A program made the position numbers and the translations under genes. A DNA stretch of 64,000 bases. Source: Patescibacteria group bacterium (GTDB taxonomy: Bacteria; Patescibacteriota; Gracilibacteria; UBA4473). This document shows positions 1-11,100 of the stretch, one piece after another (the stretch's first letter is position 1; each line of letters opens with the position of its first letter). The DNA lies in NCBI GenBank assembly GCA_965660445.1, contig CBFIAK010000001.1, forward strand, positions 576,001 to 640,000, read 5' to 3'. The notes beneath the pieces were generated by a model. The model searched no databases. It was not told the origin of the DNA and worked only from the letters and a program-made list of their open reading frames with translations.

Positions 1-137
1 TAATGCCCGTACAGATCAATATGGGAAATGAAACACCAGATTTTTTTGAAGAACTCTTTGCTCAATTAGGAGTGCCTCGTGAAGAGTCACCAAGTGAACC
101 GATTTTAGATTTTTGTATTCGAAAACTAAAACTCTAA
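1..137 (+). CDS. 3' end of an upstream CDS (partial, hypothetical)
   Basis: Frame 3 is open from the window edge (...MPVQINMGNETPDFFEELFAQ...KLKL) to TAA 135-137, which abuts the ATG at 138. Confidence 0.5.
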   Translation, partial: MPVQINMGNETPDFFEELFAQLGVPREESPSEPILDFCIRKLKL

Positions 138-2681
138 ATGAAGCATCTTTTTCAACAAACATCTTCTGTTTCTGCTCGATATATGTTTCGTGCAGATGTT
201 TCAAATGATGTTGATTTTTCACGTTTGCAAAATATTGAAAGCTATGAAGGATTAGAAGCCGGAATACTGCGTCAGCGAATTGAAACGGCTTTAGAACTGG
301 TGGAGCATTCTATTCCAAATGAAGCGATTGATGGAGCTGTTGATGAAGCAGAAAAAAATATATTAGAAATTATTTATACGGATTTAGAAAAGAATGTGTT
401 AGAAAAACATATGGGCGTTTCAAAAGCTGATATAGAGAAAAAAATGAAGACATTGTCTTCTGATGCAGAACAAAAAAAAGAAGAATGGAAACAGTATTTC
501 CAAGAAAAAAAAGATCAGTTTCAATCAAAAGTTGATACTCATAATGGAATTATGCCAGCATTAACTGCAGAAATTGATCAAGCCAAATCATCAACTCAAA
601 ACTCTATTCGATCAGTTATTCTCGAGAGTTTGCAAGAAGACTTGGATATAAAAACAAACGGTGTTCAACCAAAATCATGGATAGAGTACCAAGCACAATT
701 GATGTACGATACTATGGATACCACAACAAAAGCGTTGTATTTACTCTATATTGGTGAAAAAAAACTCACACACCTTCCTGGTCGAGTGTATAGCGCAGGG
801 CGAGATGCTTGGACCGATGTAGGGGATTTTTTATCAGACACTCTTACCAGTATAGGAGATGGGTGGAATAATATATCAAACAGTGTATCAGATTTTTTTA
901 CTGATACTGATCCCGTTGCCGATCCTCGTACATTAACTACGAGTGAACAAAGCTTTTGGAATACGCTTCAAAGCCTTCCTGAAAAAATGATGGATCGTAT
1001 GAGAACTTATTCCCCAGAGGTTTTATCGTATTTTGAAGAAAATTTTAAAGAACTCGGGCCCGCTATTACTTCGTATCAAGGTGCTGATTGGTTTGATCCT
1101 CGATATGCCGTCCCTGGGGCATTAACGGGAATGTATTTGAGTACTTATATCATAGATTCAGGTGCCGAAGGAGGTGGGGGAGCGACAATGCTTAAAACAT
1201 CAGCTCTTTTTGCAGGACTAGCGAGTGTACCAAAAGTAACAGTGCCACTCTTAAATACCACCACAGCACTTGCCAAAGGAACAGCCCGTGTGACAGGGGA
1301 TGCGCTGGGTATCGGATGGAATGCTGGTATGTCTTTTGTGCGTGACACAGGAGACTTCGGGGTTCTTACCAATCCAAAGTTTGCACTTGATGGAAAATGG
1401 GAATCAACCCGCCAACAAGAAAAAATAAAAGAAAGTCTTGATGCCCTTGATACCAAAACAGCTGAATATGTACCACCTATTATTGAAACTCCATACCAAA
1501 AGCTAGTGAACAATAAAATTGAACAGGTGACAGATACTGAAATTTCAAGTTTAGCCGATTTTTGTGTAAAAAGTCTGGATAAAGGAACATATCTATCTCC
1601 TGAGGAATTTGCTCGTATTCAGTTATCGTTATCTCAAACAGGAGGGAAAAAATGGGAAGATCTTCCTCAAAAAGATTTACTTCGAATGCTCAATACCGCA
1701 TATCAGAAACGAATTATGCTGTCGTTTTTATTATTACCAGATACGCATAAACACAAGGAAAAATTTAAATCAGTGTTTACTCAGAAACTTGCTGAACGAA
1801 AGAAAGATGAATGGAGGCATGCGTTATCTTCTCAGGATCGGTTACAATTACAAGAGTTGTATAAAGACAAAATAGATCTAGAGCATATCAATGTGCATCA
1901 GCGAAAAGGTGTTTATGGTGATGTGTTTCAGAATAAAAATGCATTAGCAACACTAGGGATTCCTATCGCATTGCTGTATATGTTTGTGCATAGTATTGTG
2001 GGTATGAAAAATTTCGTTGCCAAACAAAAAGAAAAATCGGCTCAAAAGAAACTCGAAAAAATGCGTGATGCTATGACGACAAAAGGGCAAAAGAAAATCA
2101 GTGATTTAGTCTCTACAGGGGTTTCAAAAAAGGCTTTATTAAGCGTATTAGTTGCTGAAAATATACTCACTCAGTCAGATAAAAAACAATTAGATGATAT
2201 TGATGAGGATGATTTTAAAGACGCTATTGCCAATGGTCAGTTTCGACACAATATTGCGTCTGATTTATCAACGGTCAGTCAGTCATTTTGGGATGATATG
2301 GCGGTTGTGAAAGATCAAGTGCCTGAGTTTGAGGCTCTTCAATCGAAAAGTAAGCAGTTTGCACAAATGGAACGATTACGACGAAAGTTTGAACGTGGAG
2401 AATCAGTTCCAAAAATGGAATGCAAAGCAGGAGCTGATAATTTAGAATTGTATGATCTGAATCGGAATATGACCGATAGTCTTCGGCAAGGATGGGAGAA
2501 TTTTCGATTACCCGGTATGAAAAAAGAAAAGAGTTTTGTGTTTCATGCTCGAAAAGATGATAAAACCTATCGATATGCTCTTGTCGAGAAAGAGGAAGGA
2601 GTATTCTTGTGTCAGCTTAAAGGAAGAGATCAGGATTTCTCGATTGATAAAAATGTACCATTAGAAGTTTTGCAGTTTTAA
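138..2681 (+). CDS. Large hypothetical protein, helical/coiled-coil with internal hydrophobic segments
   Basis: 847-aa ORF; K/E-rich helical stretches, Gly/Ala-rich hydrophobic region near aa 325-400, and a TM-like segment LATLGIPIALLYMFVHSIVG. Confidence 0.8.
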   Translation: MKHLFQQTSSVSARYMFRADVSNDVDFSRLQNIESYEGLEAGILRQRIETALELVEHSIPNEAIDGAVDEAEKNILEIIYTDLEKNVLEKHMGVSKADIEKKMKTLSSDAEQKKEEWKQYFQEKKDQFQSKVDTHNGIMPALTAEIDQAKSSTQNSIRSVILESLQEDLDIKTNGVQPKSWIEYQAQLMYDTMDTTTKALYLLYIGEKKLTHLPGRVYSAGRDAWTDVGDFLSDTLTSIGDGWNNISNSVSDFFTDTDPVADPRTLTTSEQSFWNTLQSLPEKMMDRMRTYSPEVLSYFEENFKELGPAITSYQGADWFDPRYAVPGALTGMYLSTYIIDSGAEGGGGATMLKTSALFAGLASVPKVTVPLLNTTTALAKGTARVTGDALGIGWNAGMSFVRDTGDFGVLTNPKFALDGKWESTRQQEKIKESLDALDTKTAEYVPPIIETPYQKLVNNKIEQVTDTEISSLADFCVKSLDKGTYLSPEEFARIQLSLSQTGGKKWEDLPQKDLLRMLNTAYQKRIMLSFLLLPDTHKHKEKFKSVFTQKLAERKKDEWRHALSSQDRLQLQELYKDKIDLEHINVHQRKGVYGDVFQNKNALATLGIPIALLYMFVHSIVGMKNFVAKQKEKSAQKKLEKMRDAMTTKGQKKISDLVSTGVSKKALLSVLVAENILTQSDKKQLDDIDEDDFKDAIANGQFRHNIASDLSTVSQSFWDDMAVVKDQVPEFEALQSKSKQFAQMERLRRKFERGESVPKMECKAGADNLELYDLNRNMTDSLRQGWENFRLPGMKKEKSFVFHARKDDKTYRYALVEKEEGVFLCQLKGRDQDFSIDKNVPLEVLQF

Positions 2682-2715
2682 AGCGTACCATACAATGAAA
2701 TAAAGAGTTTTTGTA

Positions 2716-2744
2716 TTGAAAAATAAATTTAGACGTGGTATAAT
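2716..2744 (+). promoter_or_regulatory. Sigma70-type promoter, 8 nt upstream of the ATG
   Basis: TTGAAA-N17-TATAAT with extended -10 TGn. Confidence 0.6.
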
Positions 2745-2752
2745 GAGCAGAT

Positions 2753-4798
2753 ATGTTTTTTTCTCGTCCTTTCTCTCGTAGTACAATTTCTCGGTTTGCT
2801 CTCGTCGGGGGAGCTTGTTTGTGTGCACTGTTTGTAGCTCATCCAACCGCTTTTGCTATCGGGAGTACTACGGCTGATAATCCAGCCGCAGCACTGGCAC
2901 AAATTCTTTCATTAGTGGTCAATCTTATTACGTTTTTCATTCTTTTGATGATTAACTATATGGGAGACTTATTTGGGGTTGAGATGATGGTTGGTGATGC
3001 TCCCATGAGTGTTATTCGTCCAATGTGGGTGGTGATACGAAATATTACAAATATTGTTTTTATTGGTCTTTTAGTGGGATTAGTGTTTACTAATCTTTTT
3101 GGGGTTGCTAATTGGTCAGTGAAAAAAAAATTACCAAAAGTTATTATTGCATTGGTAGCGATTAACTTTTCTTTACTGGCTTTTCGTGTTGTGCTCGATG
3201 CTGTAAATGTCGGAACTATGGCAGTTCTTTCTATCCCACACGATATTATGCAAAAACGAAATATTGGAAGTGTTCAAGATATTATGACACAAGGATACAA
3301 TAAAGAAAACGAGCAGTGTGATGTGTTGTCTACCCCTCAAGGGTTATCGTTTCAAAATAATCAAGCTCTTACGGTCGGGAGCAATACATACACAAAGCAT
3401 CACAGCGGACAAGAAGATTGTGCTCCGTTTTTTGCCCGTATGAATAGTTATTTGTGTGATGGTGTTTATTCAGCAGAAGAAGCAAAAACAAATGATTCAT
3501 GTATTTTCTATATCGATCCGTTAAAACTTACTTCTACAGGAGGGGCTTCAAGTGTTGCGGGGCATAATTTAATGTCGGCGTTTGGGGTTTATATTTTTCG
3601 AGTAGAACAACTTCCTGCATTAGCTGGAAAAATACAAAGCTGGGACGGTGTTGTTATGAATGTGCTTTTTTCAACCATTATGGCTTTAGCTTTTTTCGTT
3701 GCTTTATTCGCGGTCTTTTTGGTTATGTTAGTGAGAATGGTTGTTATGTGGATTTTCATGGTTTTTTCTCCTTTATTGATTGCTGGAACCATTATGGGGA
3801 TTGGAGGGAATAATATGATAAGTATGTTTGTGAAATACTTAATTATTCCTATAAAAGTAGCGGCTGTGTTTGCCGTAACCTACATTATGATGTCAGCAAT
3901 GGTGAGCTTTTCGGTTGATGCTATGAATAAAGATTATCTTCAACTCGGACCATCACTCTCAATATTTGGTATGGGAATTTCAGGGCTTTTATGGCAAGTG
4001 GCAACCGTGGGTATTTTTTGGAAAACAGCCTTTATGGCTATGAAAGGAACAATTGCCGATGGCATTGTGAAAAGTATCCAAAATGGGGCAACATCAATGG
4101 CGAAAATGTTGGGGAGTGCTGCAACTATTGATAGACCTATTTTTCCTGGAAAAGACGGAAAGAACTTTTCTTTGGGATCTGTCGCACGAACACCACAACT
4201 ATTACAAGCAGCTTATAATTCAAAAAGAAATGCATCAAATGATAATTTCAGGGAAGCTATTGGCATTCAAAATTCTGAGGCAGTCAAGAAGCTAGAATCA
4301 TTAAAAGCAGAATATCTCAATGATGGAAATGTTCTTTCAAAGGTAAATTCTTCATTGAAAAGTATTGGAGCAAAAGGATTAATGGAAAATAGAGAAAAAA
4401 CAAAAGAAACGATTCTTGAAAGTTTTCAAAATGCAAATGTGGATATCAGAAATGAACAATCATGGGACAGATTTAAGACTGAATTGGATTCTGGAAACCT
4501 CAGTGATGCAAGTATTGAAAGATTTATAAATAGAATTAATGCTCGTGCTTCACAGCTGAATATAACCCCTTTAAATAATCAAAATAATCCTCGAACACCG
4601 TATTCTGGTAGCGGGCTTCCTGCTCCCAGTGGAACATGGGATCAAGCAATGATTGATTCTCTGGCTGATTGGTTAAGAAATAATAATAAACAAATAACAA
4701 CGGCGCAAGCTTCAAGTTTAGCCACTGCTTATGGGGCAAGCGACGTAGCTACATTTAAAAATGATTTAAATAATAAAGAAGCAGGAAGCGTTCAGTAA
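2753..4798 (+). CDS. Polytopic membrane protein, Patescibacteria VirB6/TrbL-like
   Basis: Signal peptide plus many TM helices; motif W..IRNITNIVFI.LL...KKKLPKVIIALVAINFS....VLD resembles CPR VirB6-like proteins; Cys-containing extracellular loop; soluble C-terminal tail. Confidence 0.6.
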   Translation: MFFSRPFSRSTISRFALVGGACLCALFVAHPTAFAIGSTTADNPAAALAQILSLVVNLITFFILLMINYMGDLFGVEMMVGDAPMSVIRPMWVVIRNITNIVFIGLLVGLVFTNLFGVANWSVKKKLPKVIIALVAINFSLLAFRVVLDAVNVGTMAVLSIPHDIMQKRNIGSVQDIMTQGYNKENEQCDVLSTPQGLSFQNNQALTVGSNTYTKHHSGQEDCAPFFARMNSYLCDGVYSAEEAKTNDSCIFYIDPLKLTSTGGASSVAGHNLMSAFGVYIFRVEQLPALAGKIQSWDGVVMNVLFSTIMALAFFVALFAVFLVMLVRMVVMWIFMVFSPLLIAGTIMGIGGNNMISMFVKYLIIPIKVAAVFAVTYIMMSAMVSFSVDAMNKDYLQLGPSLSIFGMGISGLLWQVATVGIFWKTAFMAMKGTIADGIVKSIQNGATSMAKMLGSAATIDRPIFPGKDGKNFSLGSVARTPQLLQAAYNSKRNASNDNFREAIGIQNSEAVKKLESLKAEYLNDGNVLSKVNSSLKSIGAKGLMENREKTKETILESFQNANVDIRNEQSWDRFKTELDSGNLSDASIERFINRINARASQLNITPLNNQNNPRTPYSGSGLPAPSGTWDQAMIDSLADWLRNNNKQITTAQASSLATAYGASDVATFKNDLNNKEAGSVQ

Positions 4799-4843
4799 GT
4801 ATATAAATAAAACAAATTATTGACTTTGTATACAAAAAGGAAT

Positions 4844-4872
4844 AAAAAGAAGCTGTAAAAAGCTTCTTTTTT
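4844..4872 (+). terminator. Intrinsic terminator hairpin
   Basis: AAAAAGAAGCT-gtaaaa-AGCTTCTTTTT downstream of the stop at 4798. Confidence 0.6.
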
Positions 4873-4893
4873 ATGGTATAATAAAGAGATTTT

Positions 4894-7800
4894 ATGAATA
4901 CTTTGATATATCAATTCGAGCATAAAGATTCGTCTTTCAAGAGGCGAACAGTTCGTCGTGATATGTCTGATGGTCAGATGAACACAATATCAATTCCTTC
5001 TCGCTCTTTTCCATTTTTTGATATAGATTCATTCCTTCAGAGCAAAAATCCGAAAGAAATAGAAGAGGGGGTTGGATTTTGGTGTGTATTACACCGTGAG
5101 TCACCAAGTGATGTTTCTAAAAAAGCGATTCAGTTTTTGTATACATCTCTGCAAAAAGATGATGAGGGTATTGATGTTTGGTTTTTGGATATGTTACGAT
5201 CCTTGGGCGCTGAAGATATTGACGATGCACAAAATAGTTTTGTAGATATTTCTGAAAAAGAAAAAGCAAACGCTGTTCTTTCGACATTATCAGGTATGCA
5301 AACGCTTTTACCTTCTCATATAAAGGTACTTCAATCGTTCGTACTTTCTCATGATGAATCCCTACAATCGAAAGCACAAGATATATTTCGTAAATACCAA
5401 ACACAGTTTGACGAACGACTTCGCAATGACTCACTTTCCGAAAGTGACATGGCGGTTATTTTAGAGAATCGTTCGGTTTCTGAGTCCCAAGAAGATATTA
5501 TTCAATCGTTTCATGAAAAAGTAACGCAGGTATTACAAAACCAAGATAATAACGGTCTCTATACTCATAATCGATATGAAGCGTATGCTCCTTGGTTTTC
5601 AGTTCCAGATCAGAGAAATGTACCAAAAAAAGAACAATTACAAGCGGTTCTACAAGAAATAGAAGATCAACTGAAAGATGAAAAAAATAAAGAAATTGCA
5701 GCGTCTTTAAAGAATTGGCTGGTTCGTTATATAGGATCTCGTGTTGATACAGCATCCCATACAGGTCGTGAAGCAGAGAATAATGAAAAAGATACAGATC
5801 AAGACTCATTCGAAAAGGATGCGTATGCTTTACAGGAATCATTTCAAGAAAAAATAGATCGATATATGGCGACCAATAGTCGAATTGAACAAGTTGTTTC
5901 ACATGATATTCAAACATTCTCTGATGCAGAGTTTTCACAAATCTATACCGTTGGAAAAAAGGAAATGCAAGATATTATCGAGCAATCGGCTCGACAACGA
6001 GAGGGGATTCTTTCTTCTTGGAAAGAGAGTGTCAACCAGAGTACTCTCCAGCAATGGATTCAGCAATATAAAAGTGATATAGAGTCAGAACGAACACAAG
6101 CATTGAAAAACATAGAATCATTACGAAAGCTCGATAACGATATTGATGAAAAACTTTCCGAAACAGAAAAAACAGCAGAATCAGCACTGAAAGAACGAAA
6201 CACCAAACAAACTTTTAAAAATATAAAAGAATGGAGTCTTAATGGATGGTATTTCTATAGTTTAAGTGACATATTTACCATGTTTCAGCAATCAATTAAT
6301 ATGATTAAAGAAATTGAAGCTGGGAGAAAAGAAGAAGCTGAAACTCGTCTTGGGAAACAGTTTTGGGGAAATATTGGGAAATTAGTAGTACCAGATATTG
6401 CAGAACAATTAGAAGGAAATTTTAAGGACAAAATGGGGGGGGTGTTTGGGAAGCGTATTAAGGGTTTTATGGAAGCGTATAAACGCAAACAACCGTTTCA
6501 GTTATGGGAAATTGTAGGAAAAACAAAAAACGGAAACGAATTACAAGCGTGTTTGAATTTGTTGAATGAGATGGGTGCCTTACGGTTTGATGATCCGATG
6601 CTTTGGAAAGCAATAAATACCATAAAAGGGTATGAATATATGCACAACGATGATATAAAAAATTTATCTTTATATGAAATAACCAGAAAGGTGGGGACTG
6701 CCCTTGTGGATGCAAAAGTGTGTTTGCCACAAGAGTTTGATATTTGGAAAAAAACAAAGTCAGGGAAACGAGAAAATGCGTTATCTGAATGGGTTGGAGA
6801 ATACGATGAAGTGAGCCAAATTGGAAATCATGATTCGGTTATGGTTTCAATGCTGAATAATTGGCAAAAAGGATCATTAAAAGAGGCCGATCCGTCTCGG
6901 TTCTTATCGTATTTAGTGGAGGCTTTTACTCGAGGTGATATGAGTGGAAATCCTGATAATAGAATTTATTATCTTATTCAGGGGATGGTTCTGAAAAATC
7001 CGAATGGACAAACTCTTTTAAGGTTCGATGAATTTGAGTTATTACTCAAGAAATTTCAATCAAAAATGCCCTATTTCTTTTTCTTTCGTGATAGTGAGAG
7101 TTGGAAACTGAATGGTCGTATAGTGCCAGAAGGAACAATTGGAGCAGAAAAAAGAAACTGGGGATATAGTGATTTTGTAGAATGGAGCCAGTTCTTAACC
7201 GATAGTGATCAAACCTATAACCCACAGAAAAGTAAATACACACAAGAACGACTTGAAGAATTTTTTGATCATTATATGGCACAATCAGTGATGGCAAAAG
7301 AAGTTGTAGGGCGTTCATTTCAATCACTTTCTCGTGATGCAGATGAGAGTGATGCATGGATGTATTTTCGAGAATGGGATGCGAGTAATATTTTAAGACT
7401 TGTGCATGTTCAGGGGGCTTCTGAAAACTTTTTACGCAATTTCTTAGGGGCTTTCCCTGGGTATATGAGATCTATGAAAAAATACATAGAAAAAGGAGAT
7501 GCTGAGTATGGGTATAATCCAGAATGGAAAAAGAAAAAAGAAGAATTATTACAAAAAATAGGAAGTCGGTTGAAAATGGCACTACACGGTACACAAGTTT
7601 TAGCAGGGAATTATTTAGGAGAAGATGATCGAACAGAGTTTCAGATTTTTTCTGCGGATAAATGGAAAAAATCAATAGGGGACAAAGACGGGAATCTTCA
7701 GGATGCACGAGAAAAGATAAATAATGCAATGGCGAAACTATTGCAATCATATACAGCCCATGGAGGAACAAAAAATGTAGCACAAATTCAGCAAGTTCTT

Positions 7801-8049
7801 TCTTATAATGGGTATGAACACGGTGATGTCGGGCGAATTTTGTATAACTATAAAGAAGGGCGAGGGGCTTATAAGAACGAAGCCGATCCCTCTCATCCTC
7901 GGTATAATGCCGCATATGATGCGCAAAGAAAACAATATAAAAACATAGAACGTATTAATATCGATTTATTTCATGGAGGAGATGATAATTTAAGTGATAT
8001 TTTTAGGGATACAAAGGCTATTGAAACGATGCTTTTGCAGTACTCCTAA
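4894..8049 (+). CDS. Large hypothetical protein with central coiled coil
   Basis: 1051-aa ORF, no signal peptide, E/K/Q-rich coiled coil near aa 240-440; no family recognised. Confidence 0.8.
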   Translation: MNTLIYQFEHKDSSFKRRTVRRDMSDGQMNTISIPSRSFPFFDIDSFLQSKNPKEIEEGVGFWCVLHRESPSDVSKKAIQFLYTSLQKDDEGIDVWFLDMLRSLGAEDIDDAQNSFVDISEKEKANAVLSTLSGMQTLLPSHIKVLQSFVLSHDESLQSKAQDIFRKYQTQFDERLRNDSLSESDMAVILENRSVSESQEDIIQSFHEKVTQVLQNQDNNGLYTHNRYEAYAPWFSVPDQRNVPKKEQLQAVLQEIEDQLKDEKNKEIAASLKNWLVRYIGSRVDTASHTGREAENNEKDTDQDSFEKDAYALQESFQEKIDRYMATNSRIEQVVSHDIQTFSDAEFSQIYTVGKKEMQDIIEQSARQREGILSSWKESVNQSTLQQWIQQYKSDIESERTQALKNIESLRKLDNDIDEKLSETEKTAESALKERNTKQTFKNIKEWSLNGWYFYSLSDIFTMFQQSINMIKEIEAGRKEEAETRLGKQFWGNIGKLVVPDIAEQLEGNFKDKMGGVFGKRIKGFMEAYKRKQPFQLWEIVGKTKNGNELQACLNLLNEMGALRFDDPMLWKAINTIKGYEYMHNDDIKNLSLYEITRKVGTALVDAKVCLPQEFDIWKKTKSGKRENALSEWVGEYDEVSQIGNHDSVMVSMLNNWQKGSLKEADPSRFLSYLVEAFTRGDMSGNPDNRIYYLIQGMVLKNPNGQTLLRFDEFELLLKKFQSKMPYFFFFRDSESWKLNGRIVPEGTIGAEKRNWGYSDFVEWSQFLTDSDQTYNPQKSKYTQERLEEFFDHYMAQSVMAKEVVGRSFQSLSRDADESDAWMYFREWDASNILRLVHVQGASENFLRNFLGAFPGYMRSMKKYIEKGDAEYGYNPEWKKKKEELLQKIGSRLKMALHGTQVLAGNYLGEDDRTEFQIFSADKWKKSIGDKDGNLQDAREKINNAMAKLLQSYTAHGGTKNVAQIQQVLSYNGYEHGDVGRILYNYKEGRGAYKNEADPSHPRYNAAYDAQRKQYKNIERINIDLFHGGDDNLSDIFRDTKAIETMLLQYS

Positions 8050-8111
8050 GTGAGTGAGTATATTTATAAAAGAATCAATTGTGTTCGGCGAGTCAAAACA
8101 CCGTTGTTTTT

Positions 8112-8140
8112 TTGAAAATAAGGGATGAAATGCATACAAT
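8112..8140 (+). promoter_or_regulatory. Sigma70-type promoter of the giant gene
   Basis: TTGAAA-N17-TACAAT; supports a start at or near ATG 8160 rather than TTG 8079. Confidence 0.55.
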
Positions 8141-8159
8141 GAATATGGATTTTTGCGAT

Positions 8160-11100
8160 ATGAATCATTCTTTTTCTCAGTTTTTTTCTTCACTTCGACG
8201 CTTTTGTGTGTTTTTGTGTGTGGGAATGTGTTTGATGCCCTTGCAAATATCATTTGCATTTTGGAGTTGGTTTACACAAAAAGATCAAACCATACGAGCC
8301 GACCGCATACCGCTTGTTTCGATTCTTGTGGAAGAATCGTTATTGGAAAATATAAAACTAAAAAATCTGATTGATCAGTACGCATTACATGTGCAAAATG
8401 CAGTCAAAGGACAATCGGTGCTTGTTGGGGTGCCAAAAGATGCTTCTGTGAAAGATGTTTTTGAGGGGAATGCGCATTTGTATTTTTCAGGTTTTGAGAA
8501 TGAAGAAAAAACAGAACTTATCGGAACGGTTCTGATTGGTGATGTTCCGTTACCGATTGTGCAAAAAGGAGAGAGTTTATATCCTTCTGTTTATCCGTAT
8601 GTTGATTTTGTATCACCATCATTTTTATGGAATGAAGCATCAAATCGATTTGTATTTGAATCTGGTGGTGATGAACAAGCTGAAATATGGCACGGAGTCA
8701 TTCGATCCGATCGACACAATGAAAGCAGAAACCAATCAAATCAAAAGACGATTCAAGAAGACCGAGAAAAAGACTTAGTTTCTTATTTTACTCAGAATGC
8801 TCGTGTTCATCGAGGAGAAGTTTCGTTCGCAAATCAGTTTTTTTGGATGAATCAGCCTTTGCAGAAAGAAGCGTTAAGTGATTCTTTGCGTCAGAAATAC
8901 AATACGTATCTCGAAACACTGGAAGACCGATTATATGCCCGATATTCAAAACACTGGCTTCATCAGATGCATAAAAAAGAGAGTGAGAAAAAAACACTTC
9001 CATGGACACTGCTTTCCTCATCAGTAAAACCTGAAAATGAAATAAATACGCAATCATTAACAGAATCTGTGATTGACGTGGTCACCAAACCTATGATTGA
9101 TTTGTATGCTCATTCATATCGTGAAGCGTGGAAACCATGGATAGCAGGACAACAAAAAAATATAGATATGGCATCACGATGGGACGAGACACAAACAAAA
9201 ACCACTATTGATTTTGTCGCACAAAAAGATGCACTCAGTGGAGCGTTCTTAAAAGGAATAAATGATACACTTACGCAAGAACTCGTATATTTACTTCAGG
9301 AATATAATGGGGCAACCTCTCTCGGGGTTCCGAAAATAAAAGATTCATTTTTTACTGGTACGCTAGACGGAGAAGGGGATGTGCTTTTTTGGAACGGTGT
9401 GGATCGATCGGAAATGACCAGTGAAGATTGTTCGTTATTACGAGGAAACCCAAGAACAGAAAAAAATCTGTTTGCTCAAATGGCGTATGATGGAGATGAG
9501 TTTTTTAATGCAGCGCAAGGTTCTTCTGGGTGCGAAACAGTGTTTACTCGTGTGAATGAAGATGAACAACGAGTGCATCGATTTGATTCCCTTATGGTTC
9601 ATGATGAACCACGTCCTGAAACTATTGCTCAACACCTCGATGCTCTCACACTCAGTAATATACCTATTGACGATCCTCATGGAGTTTCTTTTTATAACCA
9701 TGGGGCTGAGTTTCGTCGGTTTGATATGATAAACTTTTTTGATTATCTCGATGATATAACGTTTCCTTTTGATGAAGAAAAAAGAACAGCATTGTTATCA
9801 CGTATAGAAAACGATATTACTCAATATACGCAATTATTGAATGATTTTTTAGAGTCTGGAAATCAAATAAACCAAGATAGGCTCAATGCAGATATGCCAT
9901 CACAGTGGCCTGTTGATGTCTGCATGCCTCAAGGTGCGTGGGGATGTTATGATGGCGGAGGGTTTCCGTTGTCTTTGAATGATTGTCGTTCTTATTCAAA
10001 AACAGTAAGTAATCCAGATGTATTCACAACTCGCATTGAATGGAATGAAACATGTGAATGGAACACGGCTGGAAATCCATTACAAACAGAAACAAAGACA
10101 GAAAAAGTCGTTCGGTTTTATGAAACAGGAAATCTTATTCCTCAAAATGCTTTATTACAAACGCTTCAAGAACTGAATATAGATCGTATTATCGATGTTC
10201 TTGTTTGGCTTCGTACGGATATAGAAACAAAAAATAATTTAGTTTTTGAGCAAATTTTTAGTTCACAAAGTGAGGCACAATCATTTTTCTTTGATTCTTC
10301 CCTGAATGGGTTTGAAGGTGTTGATTTAGTACTTCAGTCGTTTCCGACTCATGGAAATGCTCCATTAGTGTATGATATGAGTTTTGAGGTAGGGGATTTT
10401 GAAGATGGAGATTATCAATTTATTCGTTCTCAGTCTCGTATGCGTGAAGCGTTTGAAACGCCTATTGCTTTTTTAGGAGTGAGTGCGAGTCAGATGTTTC
10501 CAGAAAAAAAGAGAGAAAGTGATGGGGCTGTGAGGGTCTATACTGATGAAGAAACAGGAGAGCAAGAAGTGTTATTACCAGAAAATAAGAATGATTTTTT
10601 AGATACTCCTTTAGTAATTCGTTTGCAACCAGAAGCACTAATCGTTGGATCAACCGATATTGATGCGATACAAATAGAGGCAACATTATATAATCGAGCG
10701 AATCGGGTTGTGAAAACAGATTTCGAAACCGAGTTAACTCTTTCTTTGCCTCATCAGTTATCAAGAAAATGGTTTCGTGTTATACCTGAAGCAACTCAAA
10801 CCGTTTCATCCGGACGTGCAACGTGGTATCTTCTCCCTCAGGATATTCAAAAATCCAGACTTGATTCTGTTGTTGAGGTGTTTTCGAATACCAATATGAT
10901 TGCCAATATTCCATTGCGTGTATATGACAGTAATATTGATATTTATTGGAACGATGATACGCCTATTGCTGGAAATAAAGATGGAATTCGATTTGAAGGG
11001 CGTATTTTGAATGAAGAAGGGAAAAAAACAAATCAATATGATGGTGAATTGGTAACAGTTCGCGCTGATGGTGGTCGTTTTGAAAACACGGAGTTTGTTA

